Assembly (NCBI RefSeq): GCF_009914755.1
Contig: NC_060926.1
DNA: 64,000 nucleotides
Origin: the human T2T-CHM13v2.0 reference genome, Homo sapiens
Strand: one strand, 5' to 3'
How positions within the stretch are numbered: the stretch's first letter is position 1; every line of letters begins with the position of its first letter. The translations under genes and the position numbers were made by a program. A model generated the notes under the pieces. The model did no database searches. It was not told the DNA's origin and saw nothing but the letters and a program-made list of their open reading frames with translations. Below, piece after piece: positions 1 through 13,601 of the stretch.

Positions 1-869
1 ACTCCCACAATAACGACAACTAAAAAAAAACTTCCTGTTCATTGATAATTAGATGTTTTGCTTCATTTGGACTTCCTCCAACAATCTTCTGTTCAGATTC
101 AGCTCTTATAATTAATTATCCTCTTGCTGAACAACTAAAAACTGAAGTCTGACCAAAGTACATCTCATCCCACACAGATGTCCTAGTTACTCCACAAAAG
201 GTTAATTAATCATAAGAGGTGCTTTAGAGCAGGAGGCGCTGGAAGAAATTCAGACCTAGTTTCTGGCAACACAGAAAAACTACCATCATGCCCCTTGTTA
301 TTGAGCTCACACTGAGAGAATCATTTCAATGGAGCAGAAATCCAACTGCATGAACGAAATAGCTGGTGGATATAATATCATGCCTCAGATAATGGAGCAC
401 ACCACTTCCCAGTCACTGATGATTCAGAATCCCAGCCTGCCTGCAAGAGAAGGTCAGCACTGTTTGTCCTCATTTAACAGAGGTGCCTGAAAATCCCAAA
501 TCGCAACAATGGCAGAAGCAATCTTCATTGTTCTCCTCTCTTTGGCTGGGTGCCATTTTGTAACAGGAATGAGCCCTCTTCTCCAGCCAAAACAGTCTAC
601 ACACAGTCGTCCAAATACACCTTGCATTTTCCAACCTGTGGCTTCAGTCATGCTAATCCCTCCAGTCCAGGTATAAACTTGTCTTCTTCCACCACCTAGC
701 CAAACCCTATAATTCAGTCAAGAACCAGTTCAAATAACTCTTCCTCATACACCTGCATGCGGAACATTCCAACCCAATGGAAGTGCGTCCTCTTTTGATT
801 CAGGAGCAGCTGTGGTGCGTTAGAAGGAGCACTGTCCTGAAACAGAAAATAGATGCAATATTGGCTGTA

Positions 870-1000
870 TTAAATGTGTAACTTTGAGCAAGATATTTAA
901 CTCCTGTGAGCCTCAGCTTTCTGTTCAATAAAACGAGAAGAAGAATAGCTACTTTGTAGGCTTTATTGTGGAAATTAAATAAAATCAGGATTATGAAAAT
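870..1000 (+). mobile_element. MIR SINE fragment
   Basis: tgtaactttgagcaagatatttaactcctgtgagcctcagctttct resembles the MIR core. Confidence 0.7.
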
Positions 1001-2381
1001 GTTTATCATTTTGTTGCTGCTCAGCACATATTTCTTTGCTTACTTGATAATTGACATCCCTGTGTTTTAGTTTGCTTTCTTTAGTTGTTTTTTCTTCCCC
1101 TTTTAACAAAAGATGTGAGAGAAAGTCACCTTAAAATAGTTCTCAAAATAGTAATCATCATCATCCCTTTCTGGGAACAGGGATGTAATAAATTGTGTGC
1201 TCTAAAGATCTATGAGATTTCCTTTTGGAGGAGCAGGGACAGAAAAGAGGTCAGGACTCAGATCAAGAATCTGAACCCATCATGGCCAAGCACTGGAGGA
1301 CTCATTTCTGGTGCTGGAGATGGCTGTGAATTGAACAGGAGAAGAGTCCACTGCAATAGGTCATGCTGTTAGAGGTAGCATCCACAGGAGATGAGCACAA
1401 CTGTGGTTCCCTTCACCCAGACGAGGTGTCTCTCTGTTACCAGCATGCTTTCCTAGACATGAAGAGAGACTACATATGAGTTTCCAGGTCCCCTTGGGAA
1501 TCAGAAAAAAAAAGTGCTCCATATTCTGGAGATGAAAGGGAAGTGATGCTCTGGTGACAGCCATAAATCATCTCATTGAGTCTCATAAACTGTTAGCATG
1601 CCTTTTCTCCCCAACAGACTCTAAACTCCTGGAGGCCAAAAACTAGTTTGAAGTGTTTTATCTGTCCCTCAGGCCCTGAGCTCAGCGTGCACTTAGGTTC
1701 TGGTTTGTTTCCATGGGCTTTACTTGATTAGCCACTCTTCTTGTTCTCTCCACCATCTTTTCCTTGTTTATTGTTTAGCCATAATTTAGACCATATTAAA
1801 GTGGATTCTAAATCAATATCGAAGACTCTAGATGGTCAATGTTTTCTCCTTGCTGAATGATTCCTTCCATTTCTCTTGGAAGCTCCCATTGAAATGGAGA
1901 ATTAACAAGCTTGCGGGAAGAAGAGAGCGGGAAGGGAGCAGGAAAGAGGATATTTGGCTATGGAATAGGAGCAAAAAATGCAATTTGTCTTTCATGAATA
2001 AGATTCTGTGAGAAAAAGGTGGCAATTCTAGTTCATGGAGATAGCAAGGTGTTCATGCCACTTCTGAAGCACTAGATCTTACTGGCCTTCTTGTCTACCA
2101 TGTTTATTTGGTTCTTTGGAAGTCAGTCTTGAGCCAAAAGTATATGGAAGATTTTCGTCCGGTCCACAGTGTCAACCTATAAAATACATTGATATAAATA
2201 AACAACAACTTGTGTTCAACACATCTTTATTCAAGGGTTCAAATTCCTTTTCCAGCATGATTGTGCCCAGTCTTCAGAGATAACAGGGTACTTATCAACC
2301 TTCTTCATTTTAAAGATGCCAAAATTGAGTCAGTAAAGTCAAGTATCAAGTTCAGCCAAATAGAATTGGAACCCAATTCCA

Positions 2382-2383
<2 letters not shown>

Positions 2384-2419
<36 letters not shown>
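2384..2419. repeat. (GT)n microsatellite
   Basis: ~18 perfect GT units. Confidence 0.98.
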
Positions 2420-2426
<7 letters not shown>

Positions 2427-3042
2427 ATTATTGTAATTATTATCATTCAACGGCATTTCTGAAGCTGAATGTGAATCCTGCCCACTGTGCAGGATTCAGC
2501 CAGCACCTGAAATGCAGCCAACAGTGAAGAAGACAATGTTTTAATAAAAAAATAGTCCTGAGACCACAGCACTCCCAGTTTTGAAAGCCTTAAAATAAAT
2601 TCCAAATTTATTCATAATGGAAAGAAATCACAGAATCCAAGGTACAAAATTATTTCTACAGCTGCTCCAATAAACATCAGAAAAAGCCTCGCCAACTCCT
2701 TCCTGTTCAGCCTACTGGTGTACACTAGAGGAGTTTTTAAAAGAATAACTCTTATCTGTCCTCATGAAAGCTAAAAAGCTAGTCTTATCAGGTCTAAAAA
2801 GAACGTGTTCAATTTCAAGGCTTCTAAAAAAACCTTCTGGTTGTATTTACCCACTTTCTCAATTAGCAAGGGTTTGAAATCCTGAAAAGCTTTCTTACTG
2901 CCTTAATTTTATAGTCAATGACATATATGCAGATATAGGTATAGATATGTAAAGAGATATAGAGATAGACATATATCTCATCTATCTCCCCAACTAGATT
3001 GTTAAACTCATGAATCCTAACTATAGCTAGAGTCTTCATCAA

Positions 3043-3438
3043 TGTATTCATGTGCTCAGGCTGCCATTATAGAACACCACAGACTGAGTGGCTTAAACAA
3101 TAGGAATTTATTTTCTCACAGTTTTAGAGGCTAGAAGGCCAAGACTGAAGTGTCAGCATGTTTGGTTTCTTCTGGGGCCTCTCTCCTTGCCTTGTAGATG
3201 ACCACCTTCTCTCTGTGTCCTCACATGATCTTTCCTCTCTCTGTGCACAACTATCTGTATCCTGATATTCTCTTTTAATAAGGACCCCAGTCACGCTGGA
3301 TTAGGGTCCACTCATATGACTTCATTTTACCTTAATTACTTCTTTAAAGGCCCTAACTCCAGTACAGTCACATTCTGAGGTACAGGGGTTAGGACTTCAA
3401 CATATATAGTTGCAGGCGACACAAATCAGCTCATAAGA
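3043..3438 (-). mobile_element. MLT1B-like MaLR solo LTR
   Basis: Reverse complement matches MLT1B along its length (cagtcacattctgaggtac...ggggttaggacttcaacatat). Confidence 0.85.
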
Positions 3439-3919
3439 CTGTATCTCCCAAGTATTTATGGTTTGCCCATGAAGAGGCCTCCATAAACGCATGTTGGTTA
3501 ATGACTTGATGTAAATAAATATACAAGCTAATTCTGAATGGATGGAAAAGTATGGTGAGCTTGAAAAATCATCCCACATCCTTACCCTTTCAATTGTAAT
3601 TAAAAAAAAAAAAAAAAAAAAAACGAAAACAAATACAGAGCTCCTTCCTAATTCTGTATAAAGGCACGGGTGGTGGTGCCACACACACCTCTCCAAAAGG
3701 AAGCAAGACCTGCAGTATGCAAAGAACATTCCCGGAAGCTACCAAGCAGGGATGAGGCTTTTGAAAGCAGGCCAGACAGCAAGAGAAAAAGACACTGCTG
3801 TGATAAGGTTTGGAGGAGCAACTCCACGATTCACAGCAAAAGTATAGGATGCTAAGCTTTTTTCCCCAATTATTTAAAATGATGTAACTGGAGTGTTATT
3901 AGACATCAGAGAAATCTAG

Positions 3920-4070
3920 GTTGAAGTCCTGTCTCTTATCATGTAGGTGAACTTGAGCAAATTATTAATTGTCTCTAATGTTCCTCTTCCTCATCTGTAA
4001 AAGAGATAGCAGCTTTATTGTGAGAATTAAATATGCTAATTCACTTAACGTGTACTGACATTAACTGAGT
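3920..4070 (+). mobile_element. MIR fragment
   Basis: gaacttgagcaaattatt...cctcatctgtaaaa core. Confidence 0.65.
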
Positions 4071-4104
4071 ATTCGATTAATGTTAGTTTCTTTCCCCTTC
4101 TGAC

Positions 4105-4174
4105 TTCCTCCTCAACCAAGACACAGTTTTTCCTCCTCAACCAAGACAGTTTTTCCTCCTCAACCAAGCACAGG
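4105..4174. repeat. Short tandem repeat, 3 copies of a 22-25 bp unit
   Basis: ttcctcctcaaccaag starts at 4105, 4130 and 4153. Confidence 0.95.
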
Positions 4175-5511
4175 CTCGCTAGAACACTGAAAGACCCCAC
4201 TTCTCTCTAACACACTGTTTCTCAACTTTAAAAATCCACATGGCTCTTGATCATACAAAACTTTACTTTTCCACACCCTTTGTTGAGATTTGTAACTGTG
4301 ACCTCTAAGATAGGTCGGAATATTAAAAAGGCAAATAACGCACACAGATTCCCCAAATCTCTCTCTCCAAGCCACAGAAAGCAGGGAAGATGAGCCTGAA
4401 TGTCTGTCTGTGTGTGAGTGAGTGCGGGGTGCATCAGAGCGGATTCTCCCATGCTGCTCTCCAGTTACTTAGCCCCTGTGTAAGAATTAAATTATTCCCA
4501 GAAGTCACAGACAAGTCAAGTCAGCTGTTTTACTTAAAGGAGCAAGACAAAACCGAAAGCCCAAAATGGAAAACTGGAGAAGAAAGCAGTTGTTTGGGTG
4601 ACAAACAATCACTGAAGCTCTTTCCGGCAACTCAAAGCTGGCTCTCAACACCTGATTATTTTCAAGAAGAAACGCAAATGATACGTGTTTGTTTTGTGGT
4701 TTATCAGTAAGCCAACTTGCTTGGTGTTTGCTAACCCTCTGCATTTGACTATATGGACCCAGCATTGGTAAGGGCAGGGAGGAAGTGAAAGAGGCATCTT
4801 TTAGATTTATTTTGCTTCTTAGTCTGTCTGCATCCTGGCAGGAATCCACCAGGCTTGTTTAAACATATTACCCATTTGTTAGACAAAGGGAGCTAAGCTG
4901 TGCCAGGTGCCTGTGGCATTATACAGGGTTAAGCAATGGCAGGAGAACATTTCCACAATTATCTTTCAGTCTGTGATAGACCTAAAGGAGCCAGCAAAGT
5001 TTGTTTACCGACCTTTCCAAGAAGTCTCAATGGGAGATGTGGGGACACTGAAAAAAATAAAAGAATATATTACAGAAAATTATTTTAATAAATGGAAAAA
5101 GACTCAAGATGTCTACACCCTACCTGTAACTGCATATTCTGGGTTACCTTTGTCATACTCTATAATTTCATGTATTTGATATAAGCTACATTCTCCTAAA
5201 TTGGTTTGATCCAATGCCAATCACATACACACACACATACAGCCACATTCAAAAAGACTAAAAAATCTTTTTTAGTCCTAAAATCTGGGCTACAGTAGTG
5301 ATCAAACATCTAAGAGTAACCTTCTAGGATTTGCTACTTTTCCCTTTCTGAAGCAAAGCATTTTGACATACATAGGTCATTCTCTGGCAAAAAAAAAAAA
5401 GAGAGAGAGAGGAAAAGGCAGAGCTCAGCAACTGCTTTATCAGAAGAACTCACAGGCATTAAATTTCTAACAAAGCTAACCCATGTAGTGTTTGGCAGCA
5501 CAGTACTCCCA

Positions 5512-5512
<1 letters not shown>

Positions 5513-5550
<38 letters not shown>
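5513..5550. repeat. (AC)n microsatellite
   Basis: ~19 perfect AC units. Confidence 0.98.
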
Positions 5551-5555
<5 letters not shown>

Positions 5556-5884
5556 TGTGCCCTGCAATTCTGCTCTATCAGCCTCTAGTTCTTCCCACTT
5601 GGCTCTGGGAGAAACAGACTAAACATCTTAACCCACCCTTAACATTTTCTGTACTCAGAACAACCTGATTAGAGCCAGATCTCACTTTTAATTCTGTTCT
5701 TTGAGACATCTTCCAGAAAGAAAATATACCTGTCTAGGGAAAGTTTAGAACAATGGCTAGAAATAGATACTGAGGCCAAATGAACACTTTTTGCCTTTGA
5801 CCTGAATTAAAGGCAGCAAAAAGCAGAATTGGAAAATAGAATGGCTCTCTCTCTCAGCCTCTCTGGCTGTCAGCTCTCCACGTT

Positions 5885-6270
5885 AAGTGCTAAGGATACA
5901 AGATGAGCAGGACAGATGTAGTCTATGCTCTCATCGAATTCACAGAACAGTGGCAGAAATAGACAAGTCAAGAGGCAATTTCAGGACAGTCTGATCATGG
6001 CCTACAAGTCCTTTTGCTATCTGACCCATACTTAGCCATGATAAAGATTTGGGGAGTCAGAGAAGTCCTTTAAGCAGAGGCGTGACATGATCCGATCTGC
6101 TGTTTAGAAAAAGCACTTTGGCTGCAGTAGAGAGAATGAATTTAGGAGAAGTACAGTTAGTGGTGGAGTGACCAGTTTTAAGGCAGTTGAAGTAGCCCAG
6201 GGGAGAGATGGTGGTGGCCTGGCTTACAGACTTGGCATGGCAATGGCGAGAAGTGAACAGATTCAAGCAA
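5885..6270 (-). mobile_element. L2 LINE fragments
   Basis: tttaagcagaggcgtgacatgatccgatctgctgtttagaaa...ggagagatggtggtggcctgg is typical antisense L2. Confidence 0.75.
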
Positions 6271-7575
6271 TAATGAGGAAACAGAATCCCTGCCTTCCTT
6301 CAACCGTGGGAATAGAAATGATGCACAGCTTGGGGGGAGGAGGAGTGAGACATTTCATTTTTTGCCTAATATTCTTCAAACACAAATTATCATTCCACAT
6401 TTTCCCTTAGAAAATCACCATCTCCCATTCATCTTCACTGCAATTCTTGGTAATTGAAAGAAATATGGAATCCATCATTTATTTTGAACCCAGAAAGGTC
6501 ACACAGTTCTCCTGGCCAATACAAGTGGTTTGCTTTGAAACCATCCCACGTGTATTTTCCACAGGCCCTGCACAGCTACCATTTCACTCCTGGCACTTGT
6601 TCATCATTCCATTTTCTCAAAGTGAATGACAAGCAAATGGTAATCAATGTTCCCAATAAAAGTTTTAGGAGATAATTACAGTGACGGGAAGCATAGTCAT
6701 TACAATAGTCATGCTGGGTTTGTTGTGATGCTACTAATCACACCAAGTTTTCTGATTCATGTAAATTGCAGGTAACTTTACTCCTCTAGAATTTGCTATT
6801 AATAGATAATATTATTATGCTAATAGCTGCCTAAAGTATAATTTAAGAATTTCAAGTGATCTAAGCCAGATATTTTAAAACACTATAATAACCTAACAGA
6901 TATGAGCCAAAAAATAAATTTTATCACATTTAAGGAAATTATTTTGAAGGAGAGACACCTGCAATTTACACATTAAAAAATCAGTTATACTACATGGAGC
7001 TGAGTGATTTAATGTATGCATGTTTTTTCAATTGCTCAACAAAATAGAAATTGCAAAATATTATACTATCTAATCTCTGGTTTATTGTTAATCCATGAGT
7101 GCTTATATATACATGCTATATGCATATATATGCTACCATTTGTTCATTCACTCAACAAATATTAGCTAAACATACACACTCCTGAGCAACTAGAAGGGGC
7201 AACATAAACTCAAGTAAGTATAATACTGAAATATGTGCTAAATAGAGATAAACACAAGAAACTACAGTGCTGTAAAGAAAGATGCCTTTAACTCCATCAT
7301 AGAGGGCTTCCTAGAGAAGGTGATTTTTAAGATGGGTCTTAGCAGAAAAGTCAAGAGCGCGGCAGAGAAACCCAAACAGTTGGGGGATAATCCAGGAACC
7401 GAAGAAAAGGCTATTCAAGGATATGGTAGGATCTGGCAGCCGCAAGAATGTAGACAAGGTTCATTAGGATAGGGTCAGGAGAAGACTATGAAGAGCTTAG
7501 AGTGCCATAGCAAGGTCACTGGAGCAGGGAAGAAGCACAGGCACATTATCTTTGACTTGCTCTTCAGAAAAGAGG

Positions 7576-8082
7576 ATTATGCTTCGCAGATAATTGTTTT
7601 ATATAAATTGAAAGTTTGTGGCAACCTTACAATCGAGCAAGTCTATCAGCACCATTTTTCCAATAGCATGTGCTCACCTCTTGTCTCTGTGTCACATTTT
7701 GGTAATTTTCACAATATTGCAAACTTTTTCATGATTATTATATCTGTTATGAGATAGGTGATCAGTGATCTTTGTTGTTATCTATTGCAATTGTTTTGGG
7801 GTGCTACAAACCATGCCTTATAAGACAGCAAACTTAATCAATAAATATTGTGTGTGTTCTGACTGCTCCACCGACCAGCCCCTCCCCCGTCTCTTTTCCT
7901 CTCCTCAGGCCTCCCTATTCCCTGAGACACATAAATCTTGAAATTAGACCAAATAATAACCCTACAATGACCTCTAAGTGTTCACATGAGAGGAAGAATC
8001 CCCTGTCTCTCAATTTAAATCAAAAGCTAGAAATGATTAAGCTTAGTGAAGAACGCATGCAGAAAGCCCAGACAGGCCAAGG
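7576..8082 (+). mobile_element. Tigger1 DNA transposon 5' fragment with decayed transposase start
   Basis: Matches the Tigger1 5' consensus; ATG at ~7967 gives MTSKCSHERKNPLSLNLNQKLEMIKLSEE, like the Tigger1/TIGD1 N-terminus. Confidence 0.92.
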
Positions 8083-8395
8083 TTAGGAGGCTGGGTCTTT
8101 GGGAGGTAATTAGATTTAGATGAAGCCATGAAGGTGGAGCCCCCATAATGGGCTGAGTGCCCTTATAGGAAGTGGAAAAAATACTAGCACTCTCTCTCTC
8201 TGTCTCTACCACGTGAGGCCACCGTGAGAAGGCAGCCATTTGCAAGCCAGGAAGAGGGCCCTCCGGAGGAATCCAATCAGCTGACACTTTGATCTTGGAC
8301 TTCTTAGACCCCAGAACTGTAAGCCATCAATTTCTGTTGTTTAAGTCACACAGTCTGTGGTATATTGCTATAGCAATCAGAGCTGACTAAGATAT
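8083..8395 (+). mobile_element. MLT1A-like MaLR LTR, 5'-truncated
   Basis: ggtctttgggaggtaattag...ccagaactgtaag...ttgtttaagtcacacagtctgtggtat...gactaagata. Confidence 0.85.
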
Positions 8396-9886
8396 ACCCC
8401 TTCCCTCCCATCCTCCTGACCTGCTAACTCGGGCTCATCCTTCAGCTTTTGCCTTAAATATTACTTCCTTAAGAAGTCTTCCTCGAACCACTATGATTGG
8501 TCAACGATCCCATGTCCATGCCCTCCTCTCTTTATACACTCAAATACAAACACACACACAATGTTGAAATGTCTCAACACTCACTAAGGGTTTGGTCAGT
8601 GTTACTTGGAGATTCATTAATTATCTGGCAGGTAGTTTAATAGGAAATAGTTTATCTATCCAATTACCTCTAGCTTCACAGTCCTCACTTGAAATCAGGG
8701 CTCCATTTGATTGGGAGTGATGGGAGGAGGACAGTGAGGGCTTGGGGAGCAAAGGGCAGCTGGAGAAAGATAGTGGGGGATCTTAGTGGAGGGATAATGA
8801 GAGGAAGCAAAGGGACCCCCAGAAGTGGGGAACTCCAAAGGGCTACTGAGAACTGTGTATCTGATTGCACAGAACATCAAGTTCTGGATGTAGAAAATTC
8901 CAGAGAAAGCTAGTGTAAAAATAAATGCTGTTGCAGAATTTCCTGTCTGAATCTGGTCTTTTCAGCTCCACTGGGAAGTAGTAGCCTGTTTTAATATCAT
9001 CCCATTTCTGCCACCTGTATCACTCTTCTAATCTTTTAAAGCAGTATTACTCCTATTAAAAGACTGCAGCCTTCCCACAGGGCAGTTTTCAAATACCTGA
9101 CGCCCCATTCAATCAGGGCAGCACCCGGCCATACATATTTAGGGATTTTAATCTTTCCACATAAATCACTCCCTCCAGCTCCTTAATCATGTGTGACAAC
9201 TTGCAGTGACTGCATCTCATGCTCTGATTTCCCTGAAAGGTCTTGCAAACTAAGCATGGTTAAGCCGAGTCAGTAACTTCGATGGAAAGCACAATAACCA
9301 GACAGGAAATGCACAAAATGAGTCCACACACAGCACATGTCTCTCTGAACCTAGCCCCCAGTGGGGGTCTAGAAACCTGCTGTTTTCTGAATGGGGGGAC
9401 CAGCTCACAAGATGACGGTGTGCTCTCCTCACCTGCAGAAACTGAGGAGTTAGACTAGGGATCCCCAAGGGCCCTTTAAGCTTTAGTATGCTCTGCGCTT
9501 GTGCTCCCAATCTCCCTTAAGAGGCAGATTGTCCTAATCAGAGTTATAACAGAACCAATCAAATTGGAATAGCAGGAGGACTTTAAATCAAACCAGGAAG
9601 AATCCTTGGACTTCATCAAGATTCCCGAGCCATAGCGGCTGGGAATAAGGCAATGCTCTAGCCCTTTATTATTCTGAATTTTAAACTATGATAACCTGGT
9701 ACTTTCTTATCTCTTAAACAGGGTCTCTTGATGATGATCTCTGCTTCCTGTCACTGTGACTCCTGAAAATCAGATTTCTGGTTCCAGATTCCTGTGACTC
9801 TGATGGTGATGATGTGATGTAATTCTGTGCATTTGTTTTATCTACAGATACAAGAGAGAAGAACCCAAATGCTAATTCTCATAATA

Positions 9887-9965
9887 TTAGGTTGGTGCAA
9901 AAGTCATTGCGGTTTTTGCCATTTAAAGTAATGGCAAAACCACAATGACTTTTACACCAACCAAA
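9887..9965. mobile_element. MADE1 (Hsmar1-derived MITE), palindromic miR-548-like hairpin
   Basis: ttaggttggtgcaaaagtcattgcggtttttgccatt-taaagt-aatggcaaaaccacaatgacttttacaccaacc. Confidence 0.93.
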
Positions 9966-9976
9966 AAATAAGTTGA

Positions 9977-10296
<320 letters not shown>

Positions 10297-10309
10297 CAAA
10301 AAGTAAGTA

Positions 10310-10515
10310 TTAATAACACTTACCTGAGTGCTTAATCATAACACGCATTCTCCAAGCACTTCACTCATAGTAACTCATTTTAAACATCATGAAAACCCTA
10401 CAAGGTGGATGAGAAACTAAGGCAGAGAGATTAAAAAACTTGCCCAAGGTTACACAGATAGCAAGAGGAAATGCTGAGATTTGAACCCAGGTAGTTTGAC
10501 TTCATAGCCACTCTG
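10310..10515 (-). mobile_element. MIR
   Basis: gatgagaaactaaggcagagag...acttgcccaaggttacacag...atttgaacccagg. Confidence 0.85.
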
Positions 10516-10572
10516 CTGTTCTATCAAGATTCTTTAGTATTACCGAGATTTCTGTCTCAAATAAAATTGAGA

Positions 10573-10881
10573 AGCTGGGCATGGTGGCCCACCCGTGTAA
10601 TCCCAGCACTTTGGGAGGTGGAGATGGGGGGATCACTTGAAGCCAGGAGTTAGAGACCAGCCTGGGCAACATAGTGAGACCTCCTCTCTACAGAAAAATT
10701 AAGAACCAGCAAGGCATGGTGGCATACACTTGTAGTCCCAGCTACTCAGGAGGCTGAGATAGGAGGGTTGCTTGAGCCCCAGAGTTCTAGGTTACAGTGA
10801 GCTATGACTGCAACACGGCACTCCAGTCTGAGCACCAGTGCAAGACTTTGTCAAAAAAAAATTATTTTATTTTTAAAAAAA
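10573..10881 (+). mobile_element. AluJ
   Basis: J diagnostics (gggcaacatagtgagacc, gagctatga); TSD aaattgaga. Confidence 0.92.
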
Positions 10882-12063
10882 GGAAATTGAGAGCATAACA
10901 AGAGCTGACAAGAAAATGATTTTTTTTAAGGTGATAATAATGAGAATCTCTGAAATGGGAGAAAAAGCCATTGGCTCTTCCTGGAAGGCTGGAAAGAATG
11001 TAGGGCTGTGAGGATGATTCAGTGAGGGATGAAGATGATAAATATTCACTAGCTATGGTCCAGCAGCCCACTTCAGTGTGGGGAAGACAGTTGGTTAAAA
11101 CCAAAGGACACTGGGCAGGCAGGTGCATCATTGACTAGAGAGTGGCTAAAATGATGATCATGAATGTAAGCTACTTAGGAGAGGGAGTGAGGAAAGTTGG
11201 CACCAAGGGAAAATAGATCAAGGATCTGGGTGTTTCTCAACATAGGTTATCTCATTTAATCCTCCCAACCATATGAGGCTTCATAATCATTTTCATTGAA
11301 GTCCTCAGGAAGTTAGTAAATTGCCCAAGATCACACAGGAGGTTAAGAGGTAGCATTTAATAAACGGGCATGTGGTAAGGCAGGCTAATCCAGAGGCTGT
11401 GCTCCTAGTCTAGGCAACTCTACTTTCATGCCTCCCTGGAAGGGTCCATGGAGAAGGGAGAAAGATTCCAGGTACAAGAAACACCAAAAGTAACTCGATA
11501 ACCTGGGCCTGGAAGCAGCAGAGGGAAGGGGTTGGCAGGCACAAGTGTAGGGTTTGTCTTTAAAAAGAAAGATGAGATCTTTTCTTCCCCTGAGATAAGA
11601 GGGAAAAAGTAAAGATGAAGTGCACATACAAGGACATTCTAGCAAGAAAGGAAAGACTGGCTCGTGTTAGATGGGTCTCATTTCCTCAACAAATTAAAAC
11701 AAAGTTCATCTGCCAAGGTCTTTAATCCTAGAGGGGTTGAGTTGGAGCTAGAGTTTAAGACAATGGCATGTCTGAAATAGTTGTTGTCTTGGACTCTTTG
11801 AATGCAAGTATTGCTCAGCAGCTCTAGAGGCCCTTTCTGAGCTTATATGATCTTTAGAGTGAAACTGTTGGCCCTGATTTTGTGATTTTCTCTAGCAGTG
11901 GCTAGAAGTACAGAATTGGGAACAAAGAAAATGACTGGAGTCCTTTGCTCAGTATTGGAGGTTTCTTGCAAACTCATGGGTTTACCAGAGTGTTTAAATT
12001 ATCCAGTTTCTTCTAAAGAGGAAAAGTTTGAGAGCTGATAATCCATACAGTGAAAAATCAAGG

Positions 12064-12310
12064 CACAGTGAACAGGAGTCATGGACACTGGCATCAACTG
12101 CTTCGGTTCAGCTCACGTTAGTGCCTCTTGCTAGCTGGTGACCTTGGACAAATTACTTAACCTCTCTATGCCTCAGTTTTTTATCTGTAAAAGAGAATAT
12201 TAGTTAAACTTACCCTCCTAATATTCTTATAAGAATTAAATAAAACATATACGGCAGGTAGCACTGTGTCTGAGACATAGTAAGTGGTCAATTAATGTTA
12301 ACTTTTATTA
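12064..12310 (+). mobile_element. MIR, near full length
   Basis: gtgaccttggacaaattacttaacctctctatgcctcagttttttatctgtaaaa. Confidence 0.9.
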
Positions 12311-13339
12311 AGTCTCAAACAAAGACCTGTCTGGTATTTCTAGTTGCTCTATGTCTTCATTGCTCAACATTCACTACTAGAAGCATGGCATTTTGGGCAT
12401 AGACCTATATGTACTAAATCATGTGAGAGACTACAGTGTCCTAGCCATTGGCAATGGCTTATCCAGCCGTGGTGACTAGCTTTGTTTTCAAATATAAGCA
12501 AACCGGTGACCTAATGGACTATGAGTTTGCTCCAAGGGAAAGTAGCCAACTCTTCCTTATTTAATGCCAATAAGACCTTGACCTTTCCTGCTTTCTATGC
12601 CAGCCCTTCTCTCATAAAGCAAACCCAGACCACAAGTCTAGCCAGACAGTCGATATGAAATTAAGCCTAGAATTTTAAAACATTGCCCAGGTCTTTCTCA
12701 ACAATTACAATTTCTTTTAAGCATTAGACTTTCTTTATGGGGCCCCCAAAGAGTTGCAGAATAGAACTAGTATTGTTAAACCTTCTTCCAAATCTCTGTA
12801 GTCTACTCAGCATCATTTCTTTTTAAAGTCTCCCAGGTGTGATACTTGTGGCCTGGGCTTGTGTTCTTATTCTGCATAACAAAAAGATTTTCTTGAAAAT
12901 GTGATTAGAGTACAAATGCTTTATGTACTTAGATGTGTTAAATATCTACATTCTTAACTCCCTAAGAACTTCCTTTTCATGAAAGAAATGTTTTTTCTCT
13001 TTTTCTGGGAAATAAAAGTAGTAAAATTCAGAAGCCTAATGACCAGGAACAACAATGGCATTCTTTTCTCTGAATTCTTACGTGGACTTGTGTTCTCTTC
13101 CAGGCCTGTCTCTATTTGTTGCACATGTCACTATCTTCTTCCTCCTGTGGGCAAAAATATTCTTGTCCCTCCCACAGTACCTAACAGGTCCACAAAAGTA
13201 GAGAAGTGTCCCAATAAAAACTTACTTGACTAACTAATTGACTGAAAATACTTTTTGCTTAATTGATTCATACAGACCAGGGGACCAGGAAGGTAACTGA
13301 ATGATGGAGGCTGAGTATAAGACAATATAGAGCAGTGGC

Positions 13340-13601
13340 GACTGCAGTTACATGAAAACTGCATGTCCCATCTAGGGGGTAATTGGAATTCAGCTCTGGC
13401 TTACCTTTGCCCTGTGGCAATATAGGTCCCGTATTACTAGATGTTCCCACTTTTAGATAGAGGAAAAAATTTTAATGTGAAATCTCCCAGCTTTTAAGTG
13501 CTGGCAATCAATTAAAAAAATAAAAATTTTAACATAGTGCAGGCCCAATATAACACATCAGTGAACCAGGTTCACCCCAGGACCAACGGTTTGCAATATC
13601 T
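13340..13601 (+). mobile_element. MER102-like hAT-Charlie relic
   Basis: atgtgaaatctcccagcttttaagtgctggcaa...gcaggccc...ggtttgcaa resembles the MER102 3' end. Confidence 0.6.

Noticed and set aside
7850-8086. TIGD1-like gene
   Set aside because: Only ~40 codons of a decayed Tigger1 transposase, truncated by an LTR.
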